Shown here in pieces: positions 30,168 to 41,708 of a stretch of DNA of 64,000 bases. Position 1 is the first letter of the stretch, and every line of letters begins with the position of its first letter. Origin of the DNA: an uncultured bacterium. Its GTDB lineage: Bacteria > Patescibacteriota > Minisyncoccia > Phycocordibacterales > CAIRYW01. The stretch lies in assembly GCA_963766885.1 (NCBI GenBank), contig CAVYBO010000002.1, positions 86,097 to 150,096 of the forward strand, in the 5' to 3' direction. The notes below the pieces were generated by a model. It was not told where the DNA came from and did no database searches. It saw nothing but the letters and a program-made list of their open reading frames with translations. Position numbers and translations under genes: made by a program.

Positions 30168-30914
30168 CTACTTCCCTGCGAGAGCTTGGTCAACAGCAGC
30201 CTTCACATCCACATAAGGCTGATCGCCGTTGATAAATTGAGTGCCGATAATTGAGCCTGGAGTGCCTTGGACTCCAAAACTTACACCCTCTGCCTTGTCG
30301 GCATCAACTGCTGCTTGATACTGTGTTGATTTGGAAGCCACAAGCGCTGCGATTTTTTGCTCTTCTGATGCGCCAAGAATTGCGCTTGTCATCGCCAAAA
30401 TTTTGTCTTGGGTTGCCCAACTGCTGCCTTCGGCACCTTGGTTTTGATAGATAAATGTTCGCCATTTGTAAAAGTCGGTTGGATCAGCTTCCCATACCGC
30501 TCTGGCGATTATTGCCGTAGTTTCTGAATCAGGACCCAAGAACGCATAGTCCTTAAAGATAATGCGGAGTTTTCCTGTTTGTACATAGTTTGTGTAAAGC
30601 TGATCTATGCTGTCAGCTTCAAATCGCTGGCAGAACGGGCACTGATAATCTGTCCACACAGCCATTGTGACAGGCGCATTCAAGCTGCCTACGTAAGGCT
30701 CGTTCGTAGTGTTTACTTTTGACGCATCAACCGCTTGCGTTGGCGCTTGCTGACCAGTTGTTCCTTGAGTTGGAGCGGCTGCAGTAGGATTGGCATTATT
30801 GCTTTTTCCTCCAAAAAATAATGCAGCGGCAACAAGGGCTCCTGCAAGAATAATTGCGACTGGTATTGCGTAGGGATTGCTTTTTGTATTTTTTTCTTTA
30901 GTATCGTGTTCCAT
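30168..30914 (-). CDS. DsbA-family thiol:disulfide oxidoreductase, membrane-anchored
   Basis: The ORF has an N-terminal TM and a thioredoxin CPFC active site (WTDYQCPFCQRF). Confidence 0.75.
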   Translation of the reverse strand: MEHDTKEKNTKSNPYAIPVAIILAGALVAAALFFGGKSNNANPTAAAPTQGTTGQQAPTQAVDASKVNTTNEPYVGSLNAPVTMAVWTDYQCPFCQRFEADSIDQLYTNYVQTGKLRIIFKDYAFLGPDSETTAIIARAVWEADPTDFYKWRTFIYQNQGAEGSSWATQDKILAMTSAILGASEEQKIAALVASKSTQYQAAVDADKAEGVSFGVQGTPGSIIGTQFINGDQPYVDVKAAVDQALAGK

Positions 30915-30959
30915 ATTTTTTTAAAATTATTATTATGTTTTTATTATAACAAAAATCTG

Positions 30960-31035
30960 TGGTGGACCCTAGCGGATTCGAACCGCTGACCTCCGTGGTG
31001 CAAGCACGGCGCTCTACCAACTAAGCTAAGGGCCC
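30960..31035 (-). tRNA. tRNA-Ala(TGC), CCA encoded
   Basis: The minus-strand reading GGGCCCTTAGCTTAGTTGGTAGAGCGCCGTGCTTGCACCACGGAGGTCAGCGGTTCGAATCCGCTAGGGTCCACCA folds as a cloverleaf with anticodon loop CTTGCAC and a G3:U70 pair. Confidence 0.9.
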
Positions 31036-31051
31036 AAAGGTATTCAATTGC

Positions 31052-31080
31052 TTAAAACAAAAAGCGTCTAAAACGCCTTT
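31052..31080 (-). terminator. weak terminator after ddl
   Basis: A short hairpin gcgt/acgc is followed by a U-run on the minus strand. Confidence 0.3.
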
Positions 31081-31097
31081 AATATAAAGATTTTATC

Positions 31098-32072
31098 TTA
31101 TTTTTCCGAAAGCGCAAGAGTCAAAAGGTGATCCAAAAGTTCTGGAAATGAGGCTCCTATTGCTCGCATTTCGTCTGGAATAAGCGAGGTTTCTGTCATT
31201 CCAGGCAAAGTGTTTATTTCAAGAATGTAAATTCCCCGCTTTGGATGGACGATAAAGTCAGATCTGGAATAATGCCTTGCGCCGATGGCTTTGTGGGCCA
31301 AGATTGCCATTTCTTGAATTTTTTTATCTTCTTCGTCTGTAAAATTGCCTGGGCAGATATGCTCCGCTCCGCCGGTTGTATTGTACTTTGCGGCATAGTC
31401 GTAGAAGGAATTTTGTTTTGGAGGAACAATTTCGATTGGAAAAAGCGAATAGATTTCTTTGCCGCGATAATTTTCCAAAACTCCGCAAGTTGCTTCTTTG
31501 CCTTTGATAAATTCTTCAACCAAAACTTCATCGTCCACAGCAAAAGCTTTTTCCAAAGCAGCTTGGATTTCTGGAATGGTGTGAGCAATAGATGTGCCTA
31601 CAGACGAGCCGCCTTTCACAGGTTTGATAACAGAAGGCTGAGGAAATGTTCTAAATAATTCTCCTGCAGTGCCAGAATTGTAGTCTGCTTTGTTTACAAC
31701 TTTGTGATGGACGATTTTCAAGCCGTGCTGTTTGAATACGTTTTTGGCCAAAGCTTTGTTCATACCAATTGCAGAAGCCAAAGATTTTGATCCTGTAAAA
31801 GGCATCCCCATATCTTCCAAAATTTTCTGGACTTTACCGTCTTCTCCGTATTCTCCGTGGAGTGCAACAAAAACCACGTCTACCATTTTTCCAATATCAT
31901 GTGGTTTTATGGGTAAACCATTGATATGCCAAACTCCTTCCAAGTCAATATAAACATCAATCGGTAGATATTTTTCGGTAGAAAGATGCTTGAGCACGCT
32001 TGTGCCAGTTTTGAGCGAGACTTCATGTTCGCTTGATGGACCGCCGCGGAGAATTGCAACTTTTTTCTTCAT
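31098..32072 (-). CDS. ddl: D-alanine--D-alanine ligase
   Basis: The ORF has ATP-grasp and Ddl N- and C-terminal motifs (KVAILRGGPSSEHEVSL ... EINTLPGMT). Confidence 0.9.
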   Translation of the reverse strand: MKKKVAILRGGPSSEHEVSLKTGTSVLKHLSTEKYLPIDVYIDLEGVWHINGLPIKPHDIGKMVDVVFVALHGEYGEDGKVQKILEDMGMPFTGSKSLASAIGMNKALAKNVFKQHGLKIVHHKVVNKADYNSGTAGELFRTFPQPSVIKPVKGGSSVGTSIAHTIPEIQAALEKAFAVDDEVLVEEFIKGKEATCGVLENYRGKEIYSLFPIEIVPPKQNSFYDYAAKYNTTGGAEHICPGNFTDEEDKKIQEMAILAHKAIGARHYSRSDFIVHPKRGIYILEINTLPGMTETSLIPDEMRAIGASFPELLDHLLTLALSEK

Positions 32073-32113
32073 TTATTTATTTTACACCCGATTGCCTTTT
32101 TATTAAATAGGAA

Positions 32114-33355
32114 TTAAGCAAGAAAATTTCTCCTAAACTTTTTTCTATGAAAGCCAATGACAAATCTGTGCGCTTCAGCATTGGAAGCGATAATTTCAGT
32201 TTTATATTTTAGAGCAAATTCTTTGTCCCCCAAAATTTCTCTAGCTTTGTGAGCATCGTCTTTGACTACAGAAACGGCCGGCAGATTAATCCCCTTTTCC
32301 TTTAAAATAAGCCTTATGGCGTTTAGCTGGTTTGTGCCGCCATCTATGACAAAAAGACTTGGCAGAGGCCATTCTCCGTGATTTAGACGTCTGGTAAACA
32401 TCTCTTTGAGTGCTCCAATGTCGTCGGAAGCTACAGCGCTTTTGATATTGAATTTTCTGTAACTATTCTTGTCTGCAGCGCCATTTTTAAACACCACAAA
32501 AACTCCAACTGTGGATTTGCCCGCAAGATGAGCGATGTCGTAGCTTTCTATTTTAAATTCCTTGTCTCCTGTTTCTTTGAAATCTTTTTTGATAAGCGCG
32601 ATGTCTTGGATATGAGTTAACGCGTAAAGAATTTTTTTAATCTTATTTGCTGATTCAAAGTTTTGTTTTTTGGCTTCTAAATCCATTTCTTTTTTTAATA
32701 CAGAAATTAATTTAGAAATTTTACCCGACAACAAAAGTTCGAGTCTTTTGATTTGTTTAGAGTAATCTTTTTTAGAAATTTCTCCAGTACAAGTGCCAGG
32801 ACAAAGTCCGATTTGGCGATTAAAACAAGGCTTTGCAAAGCAACGCTTTCTCATTTGATCTTCATATAGCTCGCACTTGTTGTCTCTGTACGGAATAATT
32901 TTGCGGATTATTTTGAGCGCATCTTTGAGTGATGTGCCGCTTGTGTACGGACCAAAAATATTTTTATACTCATTCCCTTTATTTATTAAATCTTTTTTTC
33001 TGACAATCAAAAGCTTTGGGAAATCTTCTTTTGTGATAACAATACAGTTGAAGCTTTTGTCATCTTTTTCTTTCGTATTGTAAGCTGGTTTGAATTTTCT
33101 TATCAAATCAGCTTCAAGTAAAAGAGCCTCAAGGACAGAATCTGTTGATTTCCATTCAATAGTTTTTGCCGATTCAACCATTTTTTCAATAAGCTCGCTT
33201 CGAGATTCTCTTAGGTCTTTGGAAAAGTAGCTTTTTAATCGGTCTTTCAAGGATGTAGCTTTACCTATGTATAAAATCTTTTTGTTCTTTCCAAGGAAAA
33301 AATAAACACCTGGAGTGCCTGGAACTTTCTTTTTCTGTAAGTATTGACTGTCCAT
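32114..33355 (-). CDS. uvrC: excinuclease ABC subunit C, short form (GIY-YIG plus RNase H-like, no C-terminal HhH)
   Basis: The ORF has a GIY-YIG N-terminus (GVYFFLGKNKKILYIGKA), a Cys cluster and a UvrC endonuclease domain. It is only 413 aa. Confidence 0.8.
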   Translation of the reverse strand: MDSQYLQKKKVPGTPGVYFFLGKNKKILYIGKATSLKDRLKSYFSKDLRESRSELIEKMVESAKTIEWKSTDSVLEALLLEADLIRKFKPAYNTKEKDDKSFNCIVITKEDFPKLLIVRKKDLINKGNEYKNIFGPYTSGTSLKDALKIIRKIIPYRDNKCELYEDQMRKRCFAKPCFNRQIGLCPGTCTGEISKKDYSKQIKRLELLLSGKISKLISVLKKEMDLEAKKQNFESANKIKKILYALTHIQDIALIKKDFKETGDKEFKIESYDIAHLAGKSTVGVFVVFKNGAADKNSYRKFNIKSAVASDDIGALKEMFTRRLNHGEWPLPSLFVIDGGTNQLNAIRLILKEKGINLPAVSVVKDDAHKAREILGDKEFALKYKTEIIASNAEAHRFVIGFHRKKFRRNFLA

Positions 33356-33374
33356 ATAATAGTGTGGTATAAAA

Positions 33375-33668
33375 TTGTTAGTTATGACTAGAGATTACTA
33401 CAGTTCTTTTTTGGCACACACTGCGCCGGTTTCAACCAGTGACACTTCACTTGAAGATGCGCTGGCAGATCTTGCAAAGCTCGACGAAAAGTACCATCAG
33501 ATAATGCCTGGTTCTTCTATACCAAGCTCGGAAATGATCATCAAGTTGGCAACCATGTGCGGAATCGGTGAAGGTGTTTCGGCAAGAACGCCTATGCCGA
33601 CGCTAGTGAACAAGATAAGTACTCGTGCCAAAATACGCCTTCAGCAACTAAAGCAGCAACAGTCCTAA
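33375..33668 (+). CDS. hypothetical protein in GC-elevated spacer (could instead be noncoding)
   Basis: The 97-aa ORF is antisense to the flanking uvr genes. It occupies a 329-nt spacer of clearly higher GC than the surroundings. Confidence 0.25.
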   Translation: MLVMTRDYYSSFLAHTAPVSTSDTSLEDALADLAKLDEKYHQIMPGSSIPSSEMIIKLATMCGIGEGVSARTPMPTLVNKISTRAKIRLQQLKQQQS

Positions 33669-33684
33669 ATAAGGGCTGTATTTT

Positions 33685-36306
33685 TTATAGAACTTTCTTT
33701 AAATATTTTCCGGTGTAGCTTTTTGGATTATTCGCCACTTCTTCCGGAGTCCCTTTGGCCACCAATTGCCCGCCACCAACTCCGCCTTCAGGTCCGATAT
33801 CAATAATATAATCCGCAGACTTTATTACGTCCATATTGTGTTCGATTACAAGCACTGTGTTTCCGTGCGACACAAGACGTTCTAAAATTTCAATAAGTTT
33901 TTTAACATCTTCATAATGCAATCCGATTGTTGGCTCATCCAAAAGATAAATTGTTTTTTGCAAATGAGCGCGATAAAGTTCTGAAGAAATTTTGACTCTT
34001 TGCGCCTCTCCTCCAGAAAGAGTTGTCGCAGATTGTCCAAGCTGAAGATAGGAAAGACCGACTTCATCAAGCATTTTTAAGCGATCATAAATTGAAGGGA
34101 TGTCTTCAAAAAATACAATTGCTTCTTCGATGGTCATCTTGAGCACATCATAAATACTTTTCTTTTTGTATTTGATTTCCAAGGTTTCTTTCATGAATCG
34201 TTTTCCATTGCAGACATCACAAGTCACATAAACAGTCGGTAAAAAATGCATCTCAACTTCTATTACACCGTTTCCTTGGCATGTTTCGCAGCGTCCGCCT
34301 TTGACATTAAAGGAAAATCTGGACGCGCTCCAACCTCGCACTTTGGCTTCTGGACTTGCGGCAAACATATCGCGAATGTGCGTCCAAGCGCCTGTATAAG
34401 TTGCGGGATTGGATCTCGGCGTTCTGCCAATTGGAGACTGATCGATCAAAACTGTTCTGCCTATGTATTCTGTTCCAGTAATAGTACTGCAATTATGAAT
34501 TTGGGCGCTTCTATGTTTTCTATCCAGTTTTGCAAGTAAATTTTTATGCAAAATTTCATAAACAAAAGAAGACTTACCGCTTCCAGAAACTCCTGTCACA
34601 GCCACAAGTCTTCCTAGCGGAACTTCAACATTCATATTTTTGATATTAAATATTTTTCCACCTGCAATTTTGATTGCGCCTTTATTTTCTGTTCGTCTTT
34701 TTTCTGGAACTTCAATTTTCATCTCACCTCTCAAATATGCAAGCGTTTGTGAGCTAGAAGTATTTTTCTTAGCTGTAATTAATTCATCCAAATATCCAGA
34801 GACAACAACTTCTCCACCGTGCACTCCTGCGCCTGGCCCAATGTCTACAATAAAATCTGAAGAAAACATTGTGTCTTCGTCGTGTTCGACCACCAAAATT
34901 GTGTTGCCTAGATTGCGTAAATTAATCAATGTTTTAATAAGTTTTTCGTTGTCTCTTTGATGAAGTCCTATTGTGGGTTCATCCAAAACGTACAAAGCAC
35001 CCACAAGATGGCTTCCGAGCTGAGTTGCAAGCCTAATTCTTTGGGCTTCTCCACCCGAAAGCGTGCCCGCGCGCCTGTCCAAAGACAAATATTCAATCCC
35101 AACATCGATCATAAAATCCAAACGAGCGAGAATTTCCTTGATAACAACTTTAGAAATTTCTTTTTCGTTTGGTGTTAGATTAATTTTTGTGAAAAATTCC
35201 TTGGCGTCTTTAATAGAAAGCGCAGTCAGATTGACGATGTTTTGTTTTGAAGATTCTAGTTTGCTGTCGTATAGAAAAACATTTAAAGCCTCAGGCCTTA
35301 AGCGCGCGCCGAGGCAAACTGGACAAGGTTCATCAACAAAAAAGTCTCTTGTACCCAAGCCGTTACACTCTGGACAAGCTCCATACGGAGAGTTGAAAGA
35401 AAATAGCCTTGGTTCGATTTCTGGATATGAAAATCCGTCATAAGGGCACATAAATTTGGAAGATATGAGCTTGGATTCAAATGGTATGACAATTTTCAAA
35501 AGTCCGTTTGATTCTGTAAGTGCGCGCTCAATTGATTCGCTAAGACGCTCCAAAAAGCTTTTGTTCTTTTCCTTTAATTCAGAAAAATAAAATTCATCTA
35601 CCAAAATATCGATATCGTGCTTTTTGTTTTTGGAAATTTCAACACGTTCGCGCAAGCTCACTTCCTTGCCGTCAATCAAGGCTTTTTCAAATCCTTTACC
35701 AAGCATATCGTAAAGCATCTGGTAATACTCACCTTTTCTACCCAAAACAACTGGAGCATAAATTTTGAATGTCGCCGTGCCAACTTTGACACCCATCACT
35801 TTTTTGGAAGTTTCTTTGTCGGCTACACCTTCAACGGTTTCAATGATCGTCTCTAGAATTTCTTCTTTGGAAAGTTTCTTAATTTCTCTGCCGCAGATCA
35901 AACAATGTGGTTTGCCTATGCGGGCAAAAAGAATTCGGAGGTAGTCGTAAATTTCTGTAATCGTAGCAACCGTGGAACGAGGATTGTTGGATCTAGATTT
36001 TTGATCAATCGAAATTGCTGGTGAAAGCCCTGTAATTTCATCAACGTCTGGCTTATCCATCTGTTTCAAAAACTGTCTGGCGTATGCAGACAATGATTCA
36101 ATATATCGTCTCTGCCCTTCGGCAAAAATAGTGTCAAAAGCAAAAGACGATTTCCCGCTGCCAGACAGACCTGTGATTGCAATCATTTTGTTGCGCGGCA
36201 TTTCTACGCTGATGTTTTTGAGATTATGTGTTCGCGCGCCTTTGACAACGATTTTTTCAATATCGCTTGGCAGTTTATGAACGTGTTTTTTACTTTCTTT
36301 TTCCAT
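33685..36306 (-). CDS. uvrA: excinuclease ABC subunit A
   Basis: The ORF has two ABC modules ([18 protein letters not shown]), zinc fingers and LSGGEAQR signature motifs. Confidence 0.95.
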   Translation of the reverse strand: MEKESKKHVHKLPSDIEKIVVKGARTHNLKNISVEMPRNKMIAITGLSGSGKSSFAFDTIFAEGQRRYIESLSAYARQFLKQMDKPDVDEITGLSPAISIDQKSRSNNPRSTVATITEIYDYLRILFARIGKPHCLICGREIKKLSKEEILETIIETVEGVADKETSKKVMGVKVGTATFKIYAPVVLGRKGEYYQMLYDMLGKGFEKALIDGKEVSLRERVEISKNKKHDIDILVDEFYFSELKEKNKSFLERLSESIERALTESNGLLKIVIPFESKLISSKFMCPYDGFSYPEIEPRLFSFNSPYGACPECNGLGTRDFFVDEPCPVCLGARLRPEALNVFLYDSKLESSKQNIVNLTALSIKDAKEFFTKINLTPNEKEISKVVIKEILARLDFMIDVGIEYLSLDRRAGTLSGGEAQRIRLATQLGSHLVGALYVLDEPTIGLHQRDNEKLIKTLINLRNLGNTILVVEHDEDTMFSSDFIVDIGPGAGVHGGEVVVSGYLDELITAKKNTSSSQTLAYLRGEMKIEVPEKRRTENKGAIKIAGGKIFNIKNMNVEVPLGRLVAVTGVSGSGKSSFVYEILHKNLLAKLDRKHRSAQIHNCSTITGTEYIGRTVLIDQSPIGRTPRSNPATYTGAWTHIRDMFAASPEAKVRGWSASRFSFNVKGGRCETCQGNGVIEVEMHFLPTVYVTCDVCNGKRFMKETLEIKYKKKSIYDVLKMTIEEAIVFFEDIPSIYDRLKMLDEVGLSYLQLGQSATTLSGGEAQRVKISSELYRAHLQKTIYLLDEPTIGLHYEDVKKLIEILERLVSHGNTVLVIEHNMDVIKSADYIIDIGPEGGVGGGQLVAKGTPEEVANNPKSYTGKYLKKVL

Positions 36307-36418
36307 ATAAATATGTAAACAACGGCCATGACAAGCCGTAGATTTATGTGTGAATAATTATAACAGATTTAAAAATTCCTTCTATTGACAAAACCTGTTT
36401 TTGTTATAATTTATTAAT

Positions 36419-36604
36419 ATGTGGACCTTTAAAATAATAAGTTGTGTACTTATGCTGATTGCGGTTACGAACGGGCTTCTTGTTGCCTGTGACTTGTACC
36501 AGAAAATATCTGCGCACGATGATCTAATCTACTTCGCAATCGACTCAACTTTTGCAGTTATGAGTCTTCTTGGGGCAATCGCTTTCAAGAACGAGCAGAA
36601 ATAG
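36419..36604 (+). CDS. small 2-TM hydrophobic peptide (hypothetical)
   Basis: The 61-aa ORF is preceded by TTGACA ... TATAAT about 40 nt upstream and followed immediately by a hairpin terminator. Confidence 0.35.
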   Translation: MWTFKIISCVLMLIAVTNGLLVACDLYQKISAHDDLIYFAIDSTFAVMSLLGAIAFKNEQK

Positions 36605-36605
36605 T

Positions 36606-36628
36606 CCACCCTTGCGGTGGAATTTTTA
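36606..36628. terminator. bidirectional hairpin between small ORF and uvrB
   Basis: ccacc-cttgc-ggtgg is followed by aattttta. It sits between the converging stop codons. Confidence 0.45.
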
Positions 36629-38686
36629 TTTCCCAATTTTCTTCCTCTTTGAAGTTTTGCCGAACAAATTTGGATAAGCGTCTACGATTGCTTTTATCTC
36701 GTCGCGGATTATTGCCGCAGTTTCAAAATCTAATTCTTTGACAGCACCTTCCATTTCTTGCTCTTTGAGTTTCATAAATTTCTTTGGATCTTTCTCCATC
36801 AATTCTTTGCCCATCAGCATTTCTTCTTTTACAACTTTGTCGTGGTCAGACTGCATCATATCTGTGATGTCCTGAATTTTTTTGATGATTGTTGTTGGAG
36901 TAATGTTGTGTTCTTTGTTGTATGTAGTTTGGATAATTCTTCTTCGCTCTGTTTCTCTGACCGCGTCTCTCATTGCCTGTGTCTCATGGTCTGCGTATAG
37001 AATTACTCTGCCTTCGGTATTGCGAGCCGCGCGGCCGATGATTTGGATTAAAGAAGTTTCTGAACGCAAAAATCCTTGCTTATCTGCATCAAATATTCCA
37101 ATTACAGAAACTTCTGGAAGATCCAAACCTTCTCGCAAAAGATTCACGCCCACCAAGACATCAAACTTTCCTTTTCTAAAATCGGTGAGAATCGTGATCC
37201 GGTCTATTGTCAGAATTTCGCTATGCAGATATTCGGCTTTTATTTTTTGTTCTTTTAAATATTCAGACAAGTCTTCAGCCATCTTTTTGGTCAAAGTTGT
37301 GCCGATTGCCCTGAATCCTTTTTTGATTTCCTTTTGCGCTTCAATAATAAAATCTTTGATCTGGCCAGGATATTTACTTTTACTCGTAATTGGTTTTATT
37401 TCAACAACAGGATCAACAAGGCCAGTTGGTCTAATTACTTGCTCGACAACTTGCGTACTGTTTTCTTTTTCAAATTTTGCTGGCGTTGCCGAAGTAAAGA
37501 TTATTTGGCCGATCCGCTCTTCAAATTCATCAAACTTAAGCGGCCTGTTGTCTGCCGCAGATGGGAGTCTAAAACCAAAATCAATCAAGTTTTTCTTGCG
37601 CGAAGCATCTCCAGCGTACATTCCCCCAATTTGCGGAATTGTGACGTGAGATTCATCAATAATTGTCAGAAAATCTGGCTTACCGTCTTTGGTTTTGGGA
37701 AAATAACTAAGCAAACTGTCTGGCGGCTCACCTGCAGACTTGCCGGAAAAATGCCTAGAGTAGTTTTCTATGCCGTTGCAGTATCCAACCTCGCGTATCA
37801 AAGCTAAATCATAATTGGTACGTCTCTTTAACCGTTCCGCCTCCAAATTTTTACCTTCTTTTGCAAGAATTTTTAAACGCTCCGCCAATTCACTTTTGAT
37901 AGTTTTGATTGCGTTTTCTCTATCATCTTCTGGAGTGACAAAGTGCTTGGCTGGAAAAAGAAAAAACGAATCCACTTCTTCCACTATACTTCTGGTGATT
38001 GGATCAATTTTGAGTATGGTTTCAATAGTTTCTCCGGAAAAGGAGATTCTAAAAATTACTTTTTCACTAACCGGCATAATCTCAATATTATTTCCCAGAG
38101 CCCTAAACATTCCAGGCTTCAAATCTGCATTCGTCCTGTCAAAGTAAATTGAAACTAACTTTCTGGCCAAATCATTACGGCTGATTTTTTGTCCAGATGC
38201 AATTTTGATATTTACCTTTTCATATTCTTCCGGACTTCCCAAACCATAAATACAAGACACGGAGGCCACGATAATGACATCTTTGCGCGTCAAAAGCGCC
38301 TGAGTTGATGCGTGGCGAAGGCGATCTATTTCTTCGTTTATCTGTGCCTCCTTTTCAATATAGGTATCGCTATGAGGAATATAAGCTTCCGGCTGATAGT
38401 AGTCGTAATAAGAAACAAAATAATGCACAGCGTTTTCTGGAAAAAATTCTCGGTATTCCTGGGCCAATTGTGCTGCTAAAGTTTTGTTGTGGGCAATAAC
38501 AAGTGTCGGCTTGCCTATTTGTTGAATTACATTGGCTGCGGTAAAAGTCTTGCCAGAGCCTGTTACTCCAAGAAGCGTTTGGAATCTTTTACCTGCCTTG
38601 ACGCCCTTTACCAAAGCTTCAATCGCCTTGGGCTGGTCTCCTGCAGGAGCGTATTTTGTAGAAATTTTGAATTCCCTAAGTTCCAT
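36626..38686 (-). CDS. uvrB: excinuclease ABC subunit B
   Basis: The ORF has a helicase motif I GVTGSGKT, beta-hairpin and UvrB interaction domains and a C-terminal UVR domain. The start is taken at MELREFKI. Confidence 0.9.
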   Translation of the reverse strand: MELREFKISTKYAPAGDQPKAIEALVKGVKAGKRFQTLLGVTGSGKTFTAANVIQQIGKPTLVIAHNKTLAAQLAQEYREFFPENAVHYFVSYYDYYQPEAYIPHSDTYIEKEAQINEEIDRLRHASTQALLTRKDVIIVASVSCIYGLGSPEEYEKVNIKIASGQKISRNDLARKLVSIYFDRTNADLKPGMFRALGNNIEIMPVSEKVIFRISFSGETIETILKIDPITRSIVEEVDSFFLFPAKHFVTPEDDRENAIKTIKSELAERLKILAKEGKNLEAERLKRRTNYDLALIREVGYCNGIENYSRHFSGKSAGEPPDSLLSYFPKTKDGKPDFLTIIDESHVTIPQIGGMYAGDASRKKNLIDFGFRLPSAADNRPLKFDEFEERIGQIIFTSATPAKFEKENSTQVVEQVIRPTGLVDPVVEIKPITSKSKYPGQIKDFIIEAQKEIKKGFRAIGTTLTKKMAEDLSEYLKEQKIKAEYLHSEILTIDRITILTDFRKGKFDVLVGVNLLREGLDLPEVSVIGIFDADKQGFLRSETSLIQIIGRAARNTEGRVILYADHETQAMRDAVRETERRRIIQTTYNKEHNITPTTIIKKIQDITDMMQSDHDKVVKEEMLMGKELMEKDPKKFMKLKEQEMEGAVKELDFETAAIIRDEIKAIVDAYPNLFGKTSKRKKIGK

Positions 38687-38732
38687 TACACAACTATACA
38701 AAAAAAACACAGCTACTGCTAATTATAAATAA

Positions 38733-39965
<1,233 letters not shown>

Positions 39966-40493
39966 CTATTGATTCGAGGTTGTAGAAGCCATCTGTTCTC
40001 CTGCTTTGTTGATAGCCATCACCTCAATATCAAATATCAAAGTTGAATTTGGAGGAATAACATATCCACCTTTTCCATCAGGAATTCCTGATTGCCCATA
40101 ACCTAAAAGAGGAGGAACTGTAATTGTAAGCTTCTCGCCAACTTTTGATCCCATCAAGCCTTCGTCCCAGCCTTTTATGACCATTCCTTGGCCAAGTTGA
40201 AATTGAAACGGCGTTCCCCTGTCATATGAGCTGTCAAACTTCGTGCCGTCTGTCAGCGTACCTGTGTAATTTACTGTTATTAAATCTCCCGCTGCCGCGC
40301 TTGGGCCGCTGCCGGGATTTGTAACATTGACTGTAAGTCCTTGATCCATTTGATTTTGATTATTAATTTGTAATTGTCCGTTTGAAGCGCTGTTAAAAAA
40401 ACTTGACCAAAAATTGAATCCTAGGAAAAACAAAAGTGCAACAACCAATGCGACAACGATTGCAATGTATTCATTTCTTGAAAGTTTTTTCAT
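39966..40493 (-). CDS. FKBP-type peptidyl-prolyl cis-trans isomerase, membrane-anchored
   Basis: The ORF has the FKBP core [39 protein letters not shown]. Confidence 0.85.
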   Translation of the reverse strand: MKKLSRNEYIAIVVALVVALLFFLGFNFWSSFFNSASNGQLQINNQNQMDQGLTVNVTNPGSGPSAAAGDLITVNYTGTLTDGTKFDSSYDRGTPFQFQLGQGMVIKGWDEGLMGSKVGEKLTITVPPLLGYGQSGIPDGKGGYVIPPNSTLIFDIEVMAINKAGEQMASTTSNQ

Positions 40494-40552
40494 ATTTTTA
40501 GATTAAATTTTAATTTTAAGTATTATAGCAGGGTTTTTATGGAGTGCCAATA

Positions 40553-40980
40553 TTATTTTAACAAAACCTTTAAACACTCTGGAAGTTTGTAACATCCATT
40601 ATGGCCACTTAAATGGCCTCCATTTTTTACTAAAATAATTTTTGTACCAAATAATTCTGACAGCTTCTCTCCGTCGCTGACAGGTACGACTTTATCATTG
40701 TCACCATTTTTGATATTTTTTTGCCTTTATATGATTCCAAAAATCGAAGAATCGCAGGAACACCTAAACTATGTCCAACCAAACTTATTTCATCTTTTTT
40801 ATTTATTTCTACGTGCCTAAAAATTTCTTCTACCCATTCAGAACAAACTGGTTTTGCAGGATTTGGCATCGAAAGAGCTGAGCAATAGATTTCCTTTTTA
40901 TCTAATTCGCCCATAAGCCAAGGCCTCCAACCGCCGTTTGGGGTTCCATCATAACCATGTATTAAAAATATTTTTTTCAT
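40553..40980 (-). pseudogene. YdeN/RBBP9-type alpha/beta serine hydrolase with frameshift in an A7/T7 homopolymer
   Basis: MKKIFLIHGYDG ... GHSLG (nucleophile elbow) reads to 40630 in one frame. The conserved C-terminus GDNDKVVP ... GGHL is in the +1 frame after the run of 7 T at 40716-40722. Confidence 0.6.
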
Positions 40981-40985
40981 ACCTA

Positions 40986-41708
40986 TTATCTTATTACTTT
41001 CCACTCTTTGCTCATTGAACGATGGAAAAATCTGGCAAAAATTGCGTTGCCAAACCAAGTCATAAGCAGAATCGGCCAGCCGGTTTGGTGAGCGCGACGA
41101 GAAGTCTGTAAAACATAAAGACCGGAATCCACCCATGTCCTGCCGATTTTGGCAAGACGAGTGAACATATCGTTGTCTTCGCCCGCAGCAAGCCTGATGT
41201 CATAACCGCCAACTTTTCTAAAAGCTTCCGCTTTCATCATTTGAAAGTCCCCGCCGGCAGCTCCAATATGCAGAACATTGTTCATAATAAAGTAAACCAT
41301 GTTTATGGTATTGAAAAACATTTTGTCGCCGAATGTCGCTTCGTCTTTAAAAACTTTAAAATAGACAGCAACTGCGACAAGGTCTTTGTTTCTATTAAAA
41401 TCATCCAGAATATTCAGGATAAAAGCATTGATGTTTGGAAGATGTACGTCCGCATCCATAAACACAAAATAATCGCCTTTTGCCATTGCAGCGCCGGCAT
41501 TTCTTCCCTCTGCGATTGTTTGCCTGTGGCCTGTTGTGTTTTCTGCAACTTTGCTTGCATAATTTTTTGCAATACTCACTGTCTGGTCTGTGCTTCCTCC
41601 ATCGGAAACAATAATTTCATAGTCAGTGACAGTTGCTTTTTTGAGGAGTTTTAAAGTTTCCGCTAAAACTTTTTCTTCATTAAGGGTTGGAATTATAAAA
41701 GAGATCAT
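40986..41708 (-). CDS. glycosyltransferase family 2 (Dpm1/DPG-synthase-like)
   Basis: The ORF has the motifs ISFIIPTLNEE and DAD (FVFMDADVH). Confidence 0.8.
   Translation of the reverse strand: MISFIIPTLNEEKVLAETLKLLKKATVTDYEIIVSDGGSTDQTVSIAKNYASKVAENTTGHRQTIAEGRNAGAAMAKGDYFVFMDADVHLPNINAFILNILDDFNRNKDLVAVAVYFKVFKDEATFGDKMFFNTINMVYFIMNNVLHIGAAGGDFQMMKAEAFRKVGGYDIRLAAGEDNDMFTRLAKIGRTWVDSGLYVLQTSRRAHQTGWPILLMTWFGNAIFARFFHRSMSKEWKVIR

Noticed and set aside
36882-37649. A 255-aa plus-strand ORF.
   Set aside because: It lies entirely antisense within uvrB, has low-complexity hydrophobic content, and uvrB has unmistakable motifs.
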